Below, in pieces: positions 45,138 to 55,179 of a stretch of 64,000 nucleotides of DNA. A program made the translations under genes and the position numbers. The stretch is from Desulfobacteraceae bacterium (GTDB lineage Bacteria > Desulfobacterota > Desulfobacteria > Desulfobacterales > ETH-SRB1). The stretch's first letter is position 1. The number at the start of each line of letters is the position of its first letter. The stretch covers positions 8,876 to 72,875 of the forward strand of contig VMSQ01000314.1 in assembly GCA_013792055.1 (NCBI GenBank). Reading direction: 5' to 3'. The notes under the pieces are model-generated. The model did not search any database, had not been told where the DNA came from, and saw only the letters and a program-made list of their open reading frames with translations.

Positions 45138-46127
45138 TCACTGATTTTTTCTGGCCCCTGATCCATGCCCCCCGTGAACCGTTACAAGATGCCGTATTAC
45201 GCTTTTTATAACTCTTGGAAATGAAAAGGAGATATCACTCAATCCATCTGGAAAAAGATATTTTTCAGTCATTACATCTGAAACATCATCTCCCTCGATC
45301 TTAATATCCCTTAACCTACATCCATTAATGCCGCATTTTCTGGCAGTTTTAAGCAACGGCACCCTGTCCGGATTTATATTGAATACATCACAAATAGCCC
45401 TGTCAATGCTTAGGCAGTTTATCCCGGCAAAAAGCAGGCCGGTATGTCTTACAGGCCCGCCACAAGGGCCTGTCTTTTCCATAATATCTATGGCATCTAC
45501 AACGGTAAAACATGGCTGGACATGCTCGTAAATGCCAAGAATCATTAATGAAAATTTTTCGTGGCTGCCCCGGGCTTTAAAATGTCTCCATGCCTTAACC
45601 TTTCCGGCAACCAGCCCAAAAACATTTTTAACCGCTCCTGAAAAAAGCATCTGTTGGTGAGCCTTAAATTTTGGAATGTTAATTATTTTATCAAAATCTC
45701 TGACTGTATCTGTTATTCGCACTTTGCTGTGATATGGATATGATCTGTTTCCCCTGAAACATACGATTGGGATATTGTCTTTTTTAAGCAAAGGCAGCAA
45801 CCCGCAGGCAGCAGCAACCTGACTGACCCTCCCGAATGCAGGGCTGTCTCCAACCGCCGGCAGTCCGCCGGCAGTCTTAACAATATCCGCCACAGATTTT
45901 ACAACAAAGGGATGCGTTATGACCCCTGACCTTGCAGAAGCTTTTAATAGCAGATTTGGTTTTAACAAGATATTTTCGCCCTTATTTACAAGTGATTCAA
46001 TTCCGCCAAAATATGAAAATGCTCTATTAATATTATAATCAAGATTCTTTGTATCATAATTCGGACATCTTAATATAACCACCTTAAACTTATCGTTATT
46101 ATTTTCGAGCACCATAATTTCCTTCAA
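45138..46127 (-). CDS. DUF362 domain protein
   Basis: 329 aa with the DUF362-like pattern (VVILRC.NYD..., ILLKPNLL, HPFVVKSVADIVKTAGG, DSPAFG). Convergent with the previous gene, with abutting stops (TGA|TCA). Confidence 0.65.
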   Translation of the reverse strand: MKEIMVLENNNDKFKVVILRCPNYDTKNLDYNINRAFSYFGGIESLVNKGENILLKPNLLLKASARSGVITHPFVVKSVADIVKTAGGLPAVGDSPAFGRVSQVAAACGLLPLLKKDNIPIVCFRGNRSYPYHSKVRITDTVRDFDKIINIPKFKAHQQMLFSGAVKNVFGLVAGKVKAWRHFKARGSHEKFSLMILGIYEHVQPCFTVVDAIDIMEKTGPCGGPVRHTGLLFAGINCLSIDRAICDVFNINPDRVPLLKTARKCGINGCRLRDIKIEGDDVSDVMTEKYLFPDGLSDISFSFPRVIKSVIRHLVTVHGGHGSGARKNQ

Positions 46128-46362
46128 AAATCTGTCGATTAATTTTTTTCCTCTGCGACCTCTGCGGCTGGGCGGTGAATATAGCCCACTTTAAACATGC
46201 ATAGCACTCAGCCTAAACGCTCAGGTTGCAACATTTCTGCAATTAAAGCATAAGCTTATAATATTAGCAAATATTGAAAATTTATCCCGGCCTTCTTACC
46301 AAAGTTGATATTTCAAGCCCTTAATGCTACACGACATTGATTTAGAGCAATACGGAGTTAAA

Positions 46363-47166
46363 ATGAAATTATTTGACAGCCACTGCCATCTTGATGACCG
46401 CGCATATGACAAAGATATCGATGATGTAATAAAATGCGCAAATGAAGCTGGTGTTTCTGCAATTATGATAGTTGGAACAAACAAGGATTCTTCCACTAAA
46501 GCTGTTGCACTGGCAAAATCTTATAGTGGTTTGTATGCCTCTGTAGGTATTCATCCACACGATGCAAAAGACTGTTCAGAACAAGTTCTTTTATACCTGA
46601 TTAAACTTACCAAAAGCAAAAAAGTCCGGGCATGGGGAGAAATCGGCCTTGACTTTAACCGAATGTATTCTCCAAGAAAAGATCAGGAAAAATGGTTTGT
46701 CAGGCAGCTTGAAATCGCCGGGAAATTAGATCTTCCAGTTATTTTTCATGAAAGGGACAGCAAAGGAAGGCTTCTTGAAATCCTCAAAGAAAAACATTGC
46801 AGGGAAAGAAAAGGGGTCATTCACTGTTTCAGCGGGAACAAATCAGAATTATATCAATATATAGAGCTTGGTTTTTACATCGGTATAACCGGAATATTAA
46901 CAATAAAAAGCCGTGGTGCTGAACTCATAAAACTTGCTCCCCTTGTTCCAGCAGATCGCATACTTGTCGAGACAGATGCGCCATACCTTACACCAGCGCC
47001 CGAAAAAAATCGTACTAAACGCAATGAACCGGCATTTGTTAAATCAGTCCTTCTTAAACTGGCAGAAGCAAGAAAAGAAGATCCAGAATATCTTTCTGAT
47101 ATCATATGGAAAAACACCTGCAAATTATATAACCTAAAACCTGCACATAGGCTTGCTCAGTTCTGA
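46363..47166 (+). CDS. tatD: TatD-family metal-dependent hydrolase
   Basis: The start is taken at MKLFDSHCHLDD (Met 14 of track ORF 46324..47166). TatD motifs are present: HxH, GEIGLD, VIFHERD, GVIHCFSG, ETDAPYL. The last ~9 codons are read from the antisense of an integrase remnant. Confidence 0.88.
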   Translation: MKLFDSHCHLDDRAYDKDIDDVIKCANEAGVSAIMIVGTNKDSSTKAVALAKSYSGLYASVGIHPHDAKDCSEQVLLYLIKLTKSKKVRAWGEIGLDFNRMYSPRKDQEKWFVRQLEIAGKLDLPVIFHERDSKGRLLEILKEKHCRERKGVIHCFSGNKSELYQYIELGFYIGITGILTIKSRGAELIKLAPLVPADRILVETDAPYLTPAPEKNRTKRNEPAFVKSVLLKLAEARKEDPEYLSDIIWKNTCKLYNLKPAHRLAQF

Positions 47167-47227
47167 AACTGAGGCGTCTGACCCATGTAGCAAGCCGAAC
47201 CTGATCCAGCAGTTTTGGCTTGACCAT
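47141..47227 (-). pseudogene. N-terminal remnant of an integron-integrase-type tyrosine recombinase
   Basis: MVKPKLLDQVRLATWVRRLSFRTEQAYVQV resembles the IntI N-terminus (...LLDQ.R..IR..HYS.RTEQAYV.W...). Only ~30 codons remain and the catalytic domain is absent. Confidence 0.5.
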
Positions 47228-47643
47228 CCTAAGCTTTATCATGTATATCTCCTGCAAATTATTGTAGATATTTCTTGGTTTGGAAATGTCTGGATATCTC
47301 ACAACAAATATTTTATGAAACACTGTTTAACACCTTCAAAGGCTAAGCTCATAGCTTTGCACTCCGGGTTGGCCGCTCCTTTCACTCACTCTCGCCTGAG
47401 GCTCACCTTCCGCTTCGCTCCGCCTTCAGACAGTTTCTCACGATTCTGACCTTGCATTCGGCTAATACTTTTGCTAATGTATTCAGGACATTAACAGGAT
47501 TCACGTACAGGGAACTTTCAGCCCATAAGTTCTGCCGTACTCTGCAATCTCTTCGAGTCGATCCTTGCAGTTTTGTATTTTTGTTGACATGACCACTTTG
47601 TTTGACTATATAGATATCCTATTAGTCTGGTGGAGGTGAAACC

Positions 47644-47877
47644 ATGAAAATAATGGCTATCAGTAAATTCAAAGCCCATGCTTTGAAAATATTGGATGAA
47701 GTTGCAGAATCCCAAGAAAAAGTGGTCATTACAAAAAGAGGAAAACCGCTTGCTGAAGTAATCCCATACCAGCGCGTAGAGGGTAATTCTAAGCCTGGTA
47801 AACTAGCGGACGCTTTCGTTTTTGAAAAGGACATTGTCTCTCCTCTCGGCGAGGAGATTTGGGATGCCTGTAAATGA
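47644..47877 (+). CDS. Phd/YefM-family antitoxin
   Basis: 77 aa, ISKFKAHALKILDEVAESQEKVVITKRGKPLAEVIP. RBS GGAGGTG. Its stop overlaps the vapC start (ATGA). Confidence 0.85.
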   Translation: MKIMAISKFKAHALKILDEVAESQEKVVITKRGKPLAEVIPYQRVEGNSKPGKLADAFVFEKDIVSPLGEEIWDACK

Positions 47878-48272
47878 AATATCTTCTCGATACTCATACA
47901 TGGATCTGGTGGCACATGCGCCCCGAAAAGCTATCTCGCAAGGTCAAAGCACTTATTGCAGATAGCACTAAGTACGAAGAGTTGCTTTTGTCCGCCATAT
48001 CGCCGTGGGAATTCAGCAAGCTTCTTGAAAAGGGCCGATTAGGTATTTCCTGCAATCCAGAAGTGTGGATCAATTCTGCCCTTGAAATGCCCAAGCTTAG
48101 ACTAGTACCTCTATCACCCGTTATCGCCTATCGCTCGACGATACTCCCTCCTAAATTCCATGATGATCCGGCAGACCAAATAATAGTCGCAACCGCACGT
48201 GCCGAAAACGCAACAATACTGACAAAGGACAGCCGCATCCAAGCTTATAAACACATTAAAGCGCTTTGGTAG
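47874..48272 (+). CDS. vapC: VapC-family PIN-domain toxin
   Basis: 132 aa. YLLDTHTWIWW at the N-terminus, and D..I.ATA and ILTKDSRI near the C-terminus. Confidence 0.85.
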   Translation: MKYLLDTHTWIWWHMRPEKLSRKVKALIADSTKYEELLLSAISPWEFSKLLEKGRLGISCNPEVWINSALEMPKLRLVPLSPVIAYRSTILPPKFHDDPADQIIVATARAENATILTKDSRIQAYKHIKALW

Positions 48273-48308
48273 CAATATGGAGGCTGAGCGGGAAAACTCG
48301 CACGCCAA

Positions 48309-48554
48309 ATGGCATACAAATACAAAATCTTAACAGTTTTTATTTGTGGAATTCTTCTACTTTTCTTTCTAAACGGCTGTGCTCGGACTGCGCCACGAAT
48401 TAATCAGTTAAAGCCCGGTTCAGTTATTCTTGCTTTTGGCGATAGCCTCACTTCAGGAGTAGGCGCCGGCATTGATGAGAGCTATCCTGCCATTCAAAGG
48501 AATCAATATCATGGCAAACACGATAAAACATATCCTGTTCGTTTGTACGGGTAA
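48309..48554 (+). pseudogene. truncated GDSL/SGNH lipoprotein hydrolase
   Basis: Lipoprotein signal (LLLFFLNGC) followed by block I of SGNH hydrolases (VILAFGDSLTSGVG...YPA). Family similarity stops after ~55 aa and the frame runs into the next gene. Confidence 0.55.
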
Positions 48555-48996
48555 TATATGTAGAAGTCCATTTGCTGAAGGCTTACTAAAAAAGCTTGTA
48601 CAAAAAAAGGGAGTTGATGATATTGTTGCCGATTCAGCAGGATTGCTTGCGCTTCCAGGCAATAGTGCCACCGGCCTGGCACAGAAAGTTGCGGCAGAAT
48701 ATGATGTTGATCTGTCCGGCCACATTGCAAAATCTGTTAGAGAAGCTATTGTAGATAGAAGCGATCTTATACTGGTAATGGAAAAAGCCCATGGGGAGAG
48801 TCTTTTGGATGCCTTTCCTGAAGCAGATGGCAAAGTTTTTTTGATCAGGCATTTTGCCGGCTTTGGATCTAGAAATCGAGGGATTGCGGATCCTTATGGG
48901 TTAAATTATGAGGCTTATCGTTTCTGCTTTCTCGATATTCAGGATTGTGTTTCACGTTTGGCAGAATATGTTCTGCAGGGCAAAGGATTTATTTAA
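48511..48996 (+). CDS. low-molecular-weight protein-tyrosine phosphatase
   Basis: The start is taken at MANTIKHILFVCTGNICRSP (Met 14 of the track ORF). CX5R(S) P-loop CTGNICRS and the DPY general-acid motif (IADPYG). Confidence 0.88.
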   Translation: MANTIKHILFVCTGNICRSPFAEGLLKKLVQKKGVDDIVADSAGLLALPGNSATGLAQKVAAEYDVDLSGHIAKSVREAIVDRSDLILVMEKAHGESLLDAFPEADGKVFLIRHFAGFGSRNRGIADPYGLNYEAYRFCFLDIQDCVSRLAEYVLQGKGFI

Positions 48997-49329
48997 ATGG
49001 CTGAAGGAACGCTCTTCGCGGAACTTATTAAAAGTTTAGATCAATTCGACCGCAAACTCATCTTTGTATTAGATGATCTTAGAGAAAAGCAGAATAGAAT
49101 GACTCTTATTACTTCCCGGTTTGAGCTTTGCGGGTCGTTACATATTGAATATAATAGCGATAATGTAAAAAAACTGGATCGGTCATTGCGGCGTTTGTTA
49201 CAAGCCAAGTTGTTCTCAGTAGAGCCTGAATCAGGATTTTCAATTGCTACAAAGACAATTTCGGAGATACACCAGGTAGGGGAAACAGAGAAGCTTATAA
49301 TTTATTTAGGAAGACTTTTTTCAATTTAG
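48997..49329 (+). CDS. hypothetical protein
   Basis: 110-aa ORF starting at the stop of the phosphatase gene (TAAATG). No family recognised. Confidence 0.4.
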   Translation: MAEGTLFAELIKSLDQFDRKLIFVLDDLREKQNRMTLITSRFELCGSLHIEYNSDNVKKLDRSLRRLLQAKLFSVEPESGFSIATKTISEIHQVGETEKLIIYLGRLFSI

Positions 49330-49334
49330 GCATT

Positions 49335-49946
49335 CTAATCCATTGCCATTGCAGCTATAACCTCAAATCCTTCCTTTTTAAGCGCTTTTTTTATAATATC
49401 GGTTTTGCAGGCAAAGAGCCGGAAATAATATATTCTTTTGCTTGCGGGTTGGGCTGTCATGCCTACACTAATTATATCCCCTCCATTATCATTTATAATG
49501 TGCAGCGCTTGTTTGAATGCTCCGGGTTCTTCTCCTATCACTACATCAATACGCGAGCTTGCGGTAAGCATTCCCATCATTTCAATAAAGGTTCTCAGGA
49601 TATCCGTCCCGGTAATTATACCGACCACTTTGCCTTTTTTTACAACCGGCATACCCCCAATTTTGTGCTTATAAATCAGCTTGGCAGCTATTTCGATATC
49701 ATCATCGGGACCAACTGTAATAGGATTCTTTATAATCAAGTCCGAGAGAGTGACTCCTGCAACCATAGAGGGTATAAGTCCTTGTTTCAAATCCGCAAGT
49801 GTAACCAGGCCTGCAAGCAAGTTTTTCTCTGAAACTACAGGCAGGTGCCGGATTGAGTTGATTTTCATCAGTTCAATAGCTTCGCTTACGGAGGCTTTTT
49901 CCGTTATTGTGATAGGATTGGGAATCATTAAAGAATTTATTTTCAT
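49335..49946 (-). CDS. CBS-pair plus ACT-like domain protein (AcuB-like)
   Basis: The start is taken at [11 protein letters not shown]. Two CBS motifs (IRHLPVV..LAGLVTLADL and IGGMPVV..VVGIITGTDI) are followed by a C-terminal ACT-like region. The start overlaps the ahbD stop. Confidence 0.75.
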   Translation of the reverse strand: MKINSLMIPNPITITEKASVSEAIELMKINSIRHLPVVSEKNLLAGLVTLADLKQGLIPSMVAGVTLSDLIIKNPITVGPDDDIEIAAKLIYKHKIGGMPVVKKGKVVGIITGTDILRTFIEMMGMLTASSRIDVVIGEEPGAFKQALHIINDNGGDIISVGMTAQPASKRIYYFRLFACKTDIIKKALKKEGFEVIAAMAMD

Positions 49947-51061
49947 GGGGCTTTCCTTGGTTGATAAATGCAAAGAGGTTCTTCTGCCAGAAAGTCGCCG
50001 GTCGCTTCATAAGCTCTTGCTCTGCAGCCGCCGCAGACTTTTCTGTATTCACATATTCCGCATTTTCCCTTTAATTGACTGAAATCGCGTAAGGCTAAAA
50101 ATACTTCTGAATTGTTCCAGATATCTGCAAATGATGTTTTTTTAACGTCACCGCAGTTTACTTGGAGAAACCCGCAGGGTTGCACAATACCCCTGTGCGA
50201 GATAAAGCAAAATCCTGTTCCTCCAAGACATCCTCTGGTTACTGCATCAAGGCCGTGACTTTTGAAACTGACTGATTTCTCTTCTTTTTTTGCCCTTTGC
50301 CTCAGTATCCTGTAATAATGTGGAGCGCATGTAGCTTTTAATTGCAGAGGCGTCTTTTCCCTTTGATCATAAAACCAGTTAAGGGTATCTTCATATTCTT
50401 CTGATGATATTTCCTGGTCCAGAATATATTTGCCGCGGCCTGTCGGCACTAAAAGAAAAATGTGGTGAGCTACTGCGCCAAGACTAACAGCCAGTTCCTG
50501 AATTTTGGGGATCTGATTTAGATTTGCTTTTGTTATGGTTGTATTTATTTGAAATTCTATTCCAGCATCTTTAGCCAGGCCTATGCCTCGAAGTGCGCCG
50601 TCAAAAGCGCCGTCAACTCCCCTGAAGCTGTCATGGCTTTCTTTTGTGGAACCATCCAGGCTGACACTTATTCTTTTTATGCCTGAGTCTGCCATTTTTC
50701 TGGCGTATTCTGCTGTTATCAGGGTTCCGTTTGGAGCCATAACCATCCTAAGGCCTTTGCCTGTTCCATAACTTGCGATTTCAAAAATATCAGGTCTAAG
50801 CAGAGGTTCTCCGCCTGTAAGTATGATTATTGGCTGTCCGACTTCAGCTATCTGATCAAGAAGCTGCAGGGAGGTTTTTGTGTCAAGTTCGTTACTGTAT
50901 GGACCTTTTGTGGCTGATGCGCGGCAGTGCATACATGAAAGATTGCAGTTTCGGGTGGTTTCCCATGCAACAAGTCGAAGTGTCGATCCTTTGTTTTCAG
51001 CGTGAGGATGAGATTTAGGTGGGGGTGTATGATCGTTGTTCGTCATATAGTTTTTAACCAT
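49943..51061 (-). CDS. ahbD: radical SAM/SPASM haem b synthase AhbD (NirJ2-like)
   Basis: 372 aa with the radical SAM cluster motif CNLSCMHC and a C-terminal SPASM-type Cys cluster ([18 protein letters not shown]). The N-terminal [13 protein letters not shown] pattern and the haem gene context fit AhbD. Confidence 0.6.
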   Translation of the reverse strand: MVKNYMTNNDHTPPPKSHPHAENKGSTLRLVAWETTRNCNLSCMHCRASATKGPYSNELDTKTSLQLLDQIAEVGQPIIILTGGEPLLRPDIFEIASYGTGKGLRMVMAPNGTLITAEYARKMADSGIKRISVSLDGSTKESHDSFRGVDGAFDGALRGIGLAKDAGIEFQINTTITKANLNQIPKIQELAVSLGAVAHHIFLLVPTGRGKYILDQEISSEEYEDTLNWFYDQREKTPLQLKATCAPHYYRILRQRAKKEEKSVSFKSHGLDAVTRGCLGGTGFCFISHRGIVQPCGFLQVNCGDVKKTSFADIWNNSEVFLALRDFSQLKGKCGICEYRKVCGGCRARAYEATGDFLAEEPLCIYQPRKAP

Positions 51062-52031
51062 TTAACTCTTTAGCGGCATCAACAGCAAAATATGTAAGAA
51101 TCATGTCGGCGCCGGCGCGCTTGATCGATGTTAATGTTTCCATCATTACTTTCTTGCCGTCAATCCACCCCATTTTTTCGGCGGCCTTGATCATTGCATA
51201 CTCGCCGCTGACATTATATGCGGCAACCGGAAGGTTTATTTCGGTTCGTATGCGATATATAATGTCAAGGTACGGAAGTGCGGGCTTGACCATGATTATA
51301 TCAGCGCCTTCTTCTATATCCAGCGTAACTTCCCTGAGAGCTTCAAGCGAATTGGCAGGATCCATCTGATATGTTCTTCTATCGCCGAATTTTGGAGCTG
51401 AGTGCGCAGCGCTTCGGAACGGGCCGTAGTAAGATGAGCAGTACTTGGCTGCATATGACATAATAGGAGTATTGCTGAAGTCGTTCTCATCAAGGGCATT
51501 GCGGATTTCACCAACACGGCCGTCCATCATGTCTGATGGAGCTACCATGTCTGCTCCTGCCTTTGCGTGTGACAATGCTGTCCTGGCAAGAAGATCAAGA
51601 GTTGCATCGTTGTTTATGGTGTGGCCTTCAACAATTCCGCAGTGGCCATGATCCATATACTGGCATAAACATACATCAGTTATTACAACTAAATCCGGCA
51701 TCTTTTTTTTCAGAGCTCTTGTTGCTCTTTGAACGATACCATCATTTGCATAAGCACTTGTTGCAAGAGGATCTTTCTTATCAGGTATTCCAAAAAGCAT
51801 AACAGCAGGTATGCCCAGATTAAACGCTTCTCTGGCTGTTTCAACAAGATTGTCTACGGATAATTGATACTGTCCGGGCATGGACTCGATGGGATTTTTA
51901 ACTTCCTTGCCGCCTATTGCGAAAAGGGGAAGAATAAAGTCATCTGTGGAAAGTGTGGTTTCACGAATCATTCGCCGGAAGGCTTCATTTTGTCTCAAAC
52001 GTCTGGGCCTGTATTCTGGGAATAGCATCAA
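51054..52031 (-). CDS. hemB: porphobilinogen synthase (delta-aminolevulinate dehydratase)
   Basis: 325 aa. N-terminal [18 protein letters not shown], Zn-type Cys cluster [14 protein letters not shown], and the Schiff-base lysine context ([11 protein letters not shown]). Confidence 0.93.
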   Translation of the reverse strand: MMLFPEYRPRRLRQNEAFRRMIRETTLSTDDFILPLFAIGGKEVKNPIESMPGQYQLSVDNLVETAREAFNLGIPAVMLFGIPDKKDPLATSAYANDGIVQRATRALKKKMPDLVVITDVCLCQYMDHGHCGIVEGHTINNDATLDLLARTALSHAKAGADMVAPSDMMDGRVGEIRNALDENDFSNTPIMSYAAKYCSSYYGPFRSAAHSAPKFGDRRTYQMDPANSLEALREVTLDIEEGADIIMVKPALPYLDIIYRIRTEINLPVAAYNVSGEYAMIKAAEKMGWIDGKKVMMETLTSIKRAGADMILTYFAVDAAKELNG

Positions 52032-52049
52032 TTCGCTCCTTTGTCAGAC

Positions 52050-52203
52050 CTCGTCGAGTGGTCGAGTGGTTAAGTGGTTGTTATTATATAAACAAATAGA
52101 CTTTGCCTAAAAATTGGACAGGCAGTATTCATTCAAATTCTAACATGCTAAATTGTCCGCAATTGTTCCCCCACTCGACAACTCGACAACTCAACTACTT
52201 GAC
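52050..52203. repeat. inverted blocks of GTCGAGT-type heptamers in the hemB-ahbC spacer
   Basis: Left block CTCGTCGAGTGGTCGAGTGGTTAAGTGGTTG (52050-52080) and right block CCCACTCGACAACTCGACAACTCAACTACTTGACG (52170-52203) are imperfect reverse complements built from ~7-nt units. Confidence 0.55.
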
Positions 52204-52211
52204 GATCTCTT

Positions 52212-53390
52212 TTACGCTATCTCTTCATCTGTCAGATAACATGCAGGATCCGGCGCAAAAGCGTCGCCTGTTATGGCCTCGGCTCTCACCCTGAAGTTTC
52301 CTGCGCAAATATCCAGCCATCGGCATTTAGCACATCTGCCCTTTACATACTTTTTTTTCTCTTTAAGCTTCTTCATTAAAGGTTCTGAGGTGTCTGTCCA
52401 TATTTCGGAAAATGGCCTTTCCCGAACATTTCCGAAACTGTAATATCGCCAGAACTGATCGGCATAAACCTCTCCATCCCAGCTAACGCATCCAATGCCC
52501 CGGCCGGAATTGTTTCCTTCATTCATTTCGAGAAGCTCAAGGACTTCTGCCGCACGTTTTGGATCTTCTTTAAGCAACCTCAGATAGAGGTATGGCCCGT
52601 CAGCATGATTATCAACAGTTAATACTTCTTTTTGCTTTCCTTTATCATGGAGCTTTCTTGTCAGGTCCATTATCAGGTCAACAGCTTTTCTGGTTTCGTC
52701 GTGGGTCAAATCATCTTCTACAAGTTTTGATCCGCGACCGGCATACACAAGGTGATAAAAACATACCCTTGGAATTTCCATATCTTCAAGGAGGTTAAAT
52801 ATATTCTCGATTTCACCGACGTTGAACTTATTGACAGTAAAGCGAAGACCTACTTTTATCCCTGCCTCCTGGCAGTTTTTAATACCTTCCAGCGCTGATC
52901 TGAAAGCGCCCTTAACGCCTCTGAAACGGTCGTTGATTTCTTCCATTCCATCAAGGCTTATGCCGACATATGAAAGACCGATGTCCTTTAGTACACGAGC
53001 CATCTGCTGTGTTATCAAAGTTCCGTTTGTTGATATCACAGCCCGCATGCCTTTTTCAACTGCATATGCTGCAAGTTCGGGAAGATCCTCTCGTATCGTG
53101 GGCTCTCCGCCGGACAATAACAGCACAGGCACTTTGAACCTGGAGAGATCATCTATAAGGTTTTTACCTTCTTCGGTGGTAAGCTCGTTATCGAAAGATT
53201 GGTTCTTTGCATGCGCGTAACAGTGAACGCACTTTAAATTGCAGCGTCTTGTAATATTCCAAACTACAACAGGTCGTTTATCTTTGGAAAACTGAAGCAG
53301 GTGGGAAGGTAATTGTGATGACTCGCGTCCGTATCGAAGAGCATCTGACGGCTCTACCGTTCCACAGTAAAGTTTTGATATTCCAATCAT
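52212..53390 (-). CDS. ahbC: radical SAM 12,18-didecarboxysirohaem deacetylase AhbC (NirJ1-like)
   Basis: 392 aa. N-terminal ISKLYCG...DALRYG...LLQFS..RPVVVWNITRRCNLKCVHCY, a pattern I associate with NirJ1/AhbC, plus a C-terminal Cys cluster (CAKCRWLDICAG). Confidence 0.6.
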   Translation of the reverse strand: MIGISKLYCGTVEPSDALRYGRESSQLPSHLLQFSKDKRPVVVWNITRRCNLKCVHCYAHAKNQSFDNELTTEEGKNLIDDLSRFKVPVLLLSGGEPTIREDLPELAAYAVEKGMRAVISTNGTLITQQMARVLKDIGLSYVGISLDGMEEINDRFRGVKGAFRSALEGIKNCQEAGIKVGLRFTVNKFNVGEIENIFNLLEDMEIPRVCFYHLVYAGRGSKLVEDDLTHDETRKAVDLIMDLTRKLHDKGKQKEVLTVDNHADGPYLYLRLLKEDPKRAAEVLELLEMNEGNNSGRGIGCVSWDGEVYADQFWRYYSFGNVRERPFSEIWTDTSEPLMKKLKEKKKYVKGRCAKCRWLDICAGNFRVRAEAITGDAFAPDPACYLTDEEIA

Positions 53391-53421
53391 TTTTTAAGTT
53401 CTCTTGGTTTGATATAAAATT

Positions 53422-55179
53422 CTAAGTAGGTAATGAATCCTTCAATTCGTCTTTTATTAGCTGGCTAATAAAAGGCTCAGGGGACAGCAGCGCTTCCTTT
53501 GTAATAAAGAAGCGGTTTTTGCCGGTTTTCTCCCGGACAAGTTTTAGGCCGTATTCAAACTCATTAGTTAGCTTTTTATAAAGATTATCGAGTTTAATAT
53601 CGAAATTAATCAATTGCTCGATAATGAAATCAATGGCATTTTCTTCCAGCACAATGTTAATATTACTATTTTTGAAAAAGTATAATTCAATTTTTTTGAT
53701 ATCATCGTAATAGGATTTTATATTTTTTATTACACTTCCTATGTCCATTATATTTTTGCAATAATAAGAAGCAACTATATCAATACGGGATGGTGTAAGA
53801 GTTAGATTGTATTTGTTGCTTAGATTATTCTTATTTGCTGTTACATATTCAATAACATGTTTTTTTTCTTCAATTTCCAGCCTTTCAAAAGTTTCTTCTA
53901 TCTCTTTTTTATTGGATACTGATAATAGTTTTTTAAGATATTTTTTCTGATCTTCTATTTCAGAAGCAATTGCAGGAAATTTTTTGATGCTTGTTGATGG
54001 CAGCTTATTTTCAAACAGAATAAGAGCCTTTTCAATTGCGCTTACCAGGCCTCTGGCGCCGGTATTTTCTTCAAATGCACTTTTTGCCAGGACACGAAGC
54101 ACTTTGTCTTCAAACTTTACATCAATGCCATATGCTGCGAAATCCAGTTTTTTCCCAAGAATTATGGGGTTGTTGGGATTTTTCAGAATTTCGTAAAGGT
54201 CGTCTTCAGTTAAATTGTCAAAAACAGCTTTTACAGGAAGACGCCCTACAAACTCTGTCTCAAATCCGTATTCTATGAGATCTTCAGCCTTAACATGCTT
54301 GAGAATATCAACTTTCTCTTGCGCACTTATTATCTTTGAGCCAAAGCCGATGCTCCGATCTTTTAAGCGTTTTTTAATTATCTCCGTAATATCGCTAAAA
54401 GCACCGCTCATGATAAAGAGGATATTTTTGGTGTTTACAGAACGCTTCTCTCTTTTACCTGTTTTGCGAAATCGTTCAATCTCCTGAATCATTGAAATCG
54501 GGTCATGCGGAACTTTTAAATCGACATCTGTTTCTTCCATGGGTTTAAGCAGAGCGCGCTGCACACCTGTCCGTGACACATCGGCACCAATTATGTTCCG
54601 GCTTGCCGCTATTTTATCAAGTTCGTCAATGTAAACAATGCCATTCTGAGCGAGCTCAATATCGTCGTTTGCTTCCCTAACAAGGTCGCGGATCAGATCT
54701 TCTACATCTCCTCCCACATAGCCTGTTTCGCTGAATTTTGTGGCATCACCCTTTACAAAAGGAACACCGATTTTTTTAGCTATTAGCCTGATCATATATG
54801 TTTTGCCGACACCTGTGGGGCCGATCATAAGGATATTGTTCTTTATGCTGCCCAAGATCTCACTGGTTTTTTCAGGTGAGGCCTTGACGTATTTTATCCG
54901 GTTAAAGTGGGTGCAAATCTTTGTGGCAAGAATTGCTTTGGCTTCATCCTGCTTGACTATATATTGATCAAGATAGGAGACAAGATCTTCGGGTTTTAGA
55001 TCAAAATTAACTTCTTGCTCTTTTTTTGGGGGTGTCTCCGCCTTATCCAGAGGTGCTTCCTGGGGGAAAACTATTGGAGATACGACTTTAACGCTGTTCC
55101 CAAACCTCTTAGACAGAAATTCACCTATTTCTTTTTCAATTTCTCTTGGGTCTGGTATTTTTTCATCATGTTCTTTCAT
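53422..55179 (-). CDS. ClpX/HslU-like AAA+ ATPase lacking the ClpX zinc finger, with a long C-terminal extension
   Basis: 585 aa. ClpX-like blocks are present: LDQYIVKQDEAK, Walker A GPTGVGKT, Walker B IVYIDELDK, FIMSGAF, sensor GARGL. There is no N-terminal C4 zinc finger, and ~190 extra residues follow the AAA+ module. Confidence 0.65.
   Translation of the reverse strand: MKEHDEKIPDPREIEKEIGEFLSKRFGNSVKVVSPIVFPQEAPLDKAETPPKKEQEVNFDLKPEDLVSYLDQYIVKQDEAKAILATKICTHFNRIKYVKASPEKTSEILGSIKNNILMIGPTGVGKTYMIRLIAKKIGVPFVKGDATKFSETGYVGGDVEDLIRDLVREANDDIELAQNGIVYIDELDKIAASRNIIGADVSRTGVQRALLKPMEETDVDLKVPHDPISMIQEIERFRKTGKREKRSVNTKNILFIMSGAFSDITEIIKKRLKDRSIGFGSKIISAQEKVDILKHVKAEDLIEYGFETEFVGRLPVKAVFDNLTEDDLYEILKNPNNPIILGKKLDFAAYGIDVKFEDKVLRVLAKSAFEENTGARGLVSAIEKALILFENKLPSTSIKKFPAIASEIEDQKKYLKKLLSVSNKKEIEETFERLEIEEKKHVIEYVTANKNNLSNKYNLTLTPSRIDIVASYYCKNIMDIGSVIKNIKSYYDDIKKIELYFFKNSNINIVLEENAIDFIIEQLINFDIKLDNLYKKLTNEFEYGLKLVREKTGKNRFFITKEALLSPEPFISQLIKDELKDSLPT

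Noticed and set aside
47228-47643. attI/attC recombination sites next to the integrase remnant
   Set aside because: I looked for RYYYAAC...GTTRRRY inverted core sites. Only weak partial matches turned up (for example TGTTTAACAC and CATTAACAG) with no convincing paired structure, so none is reported as a feature.
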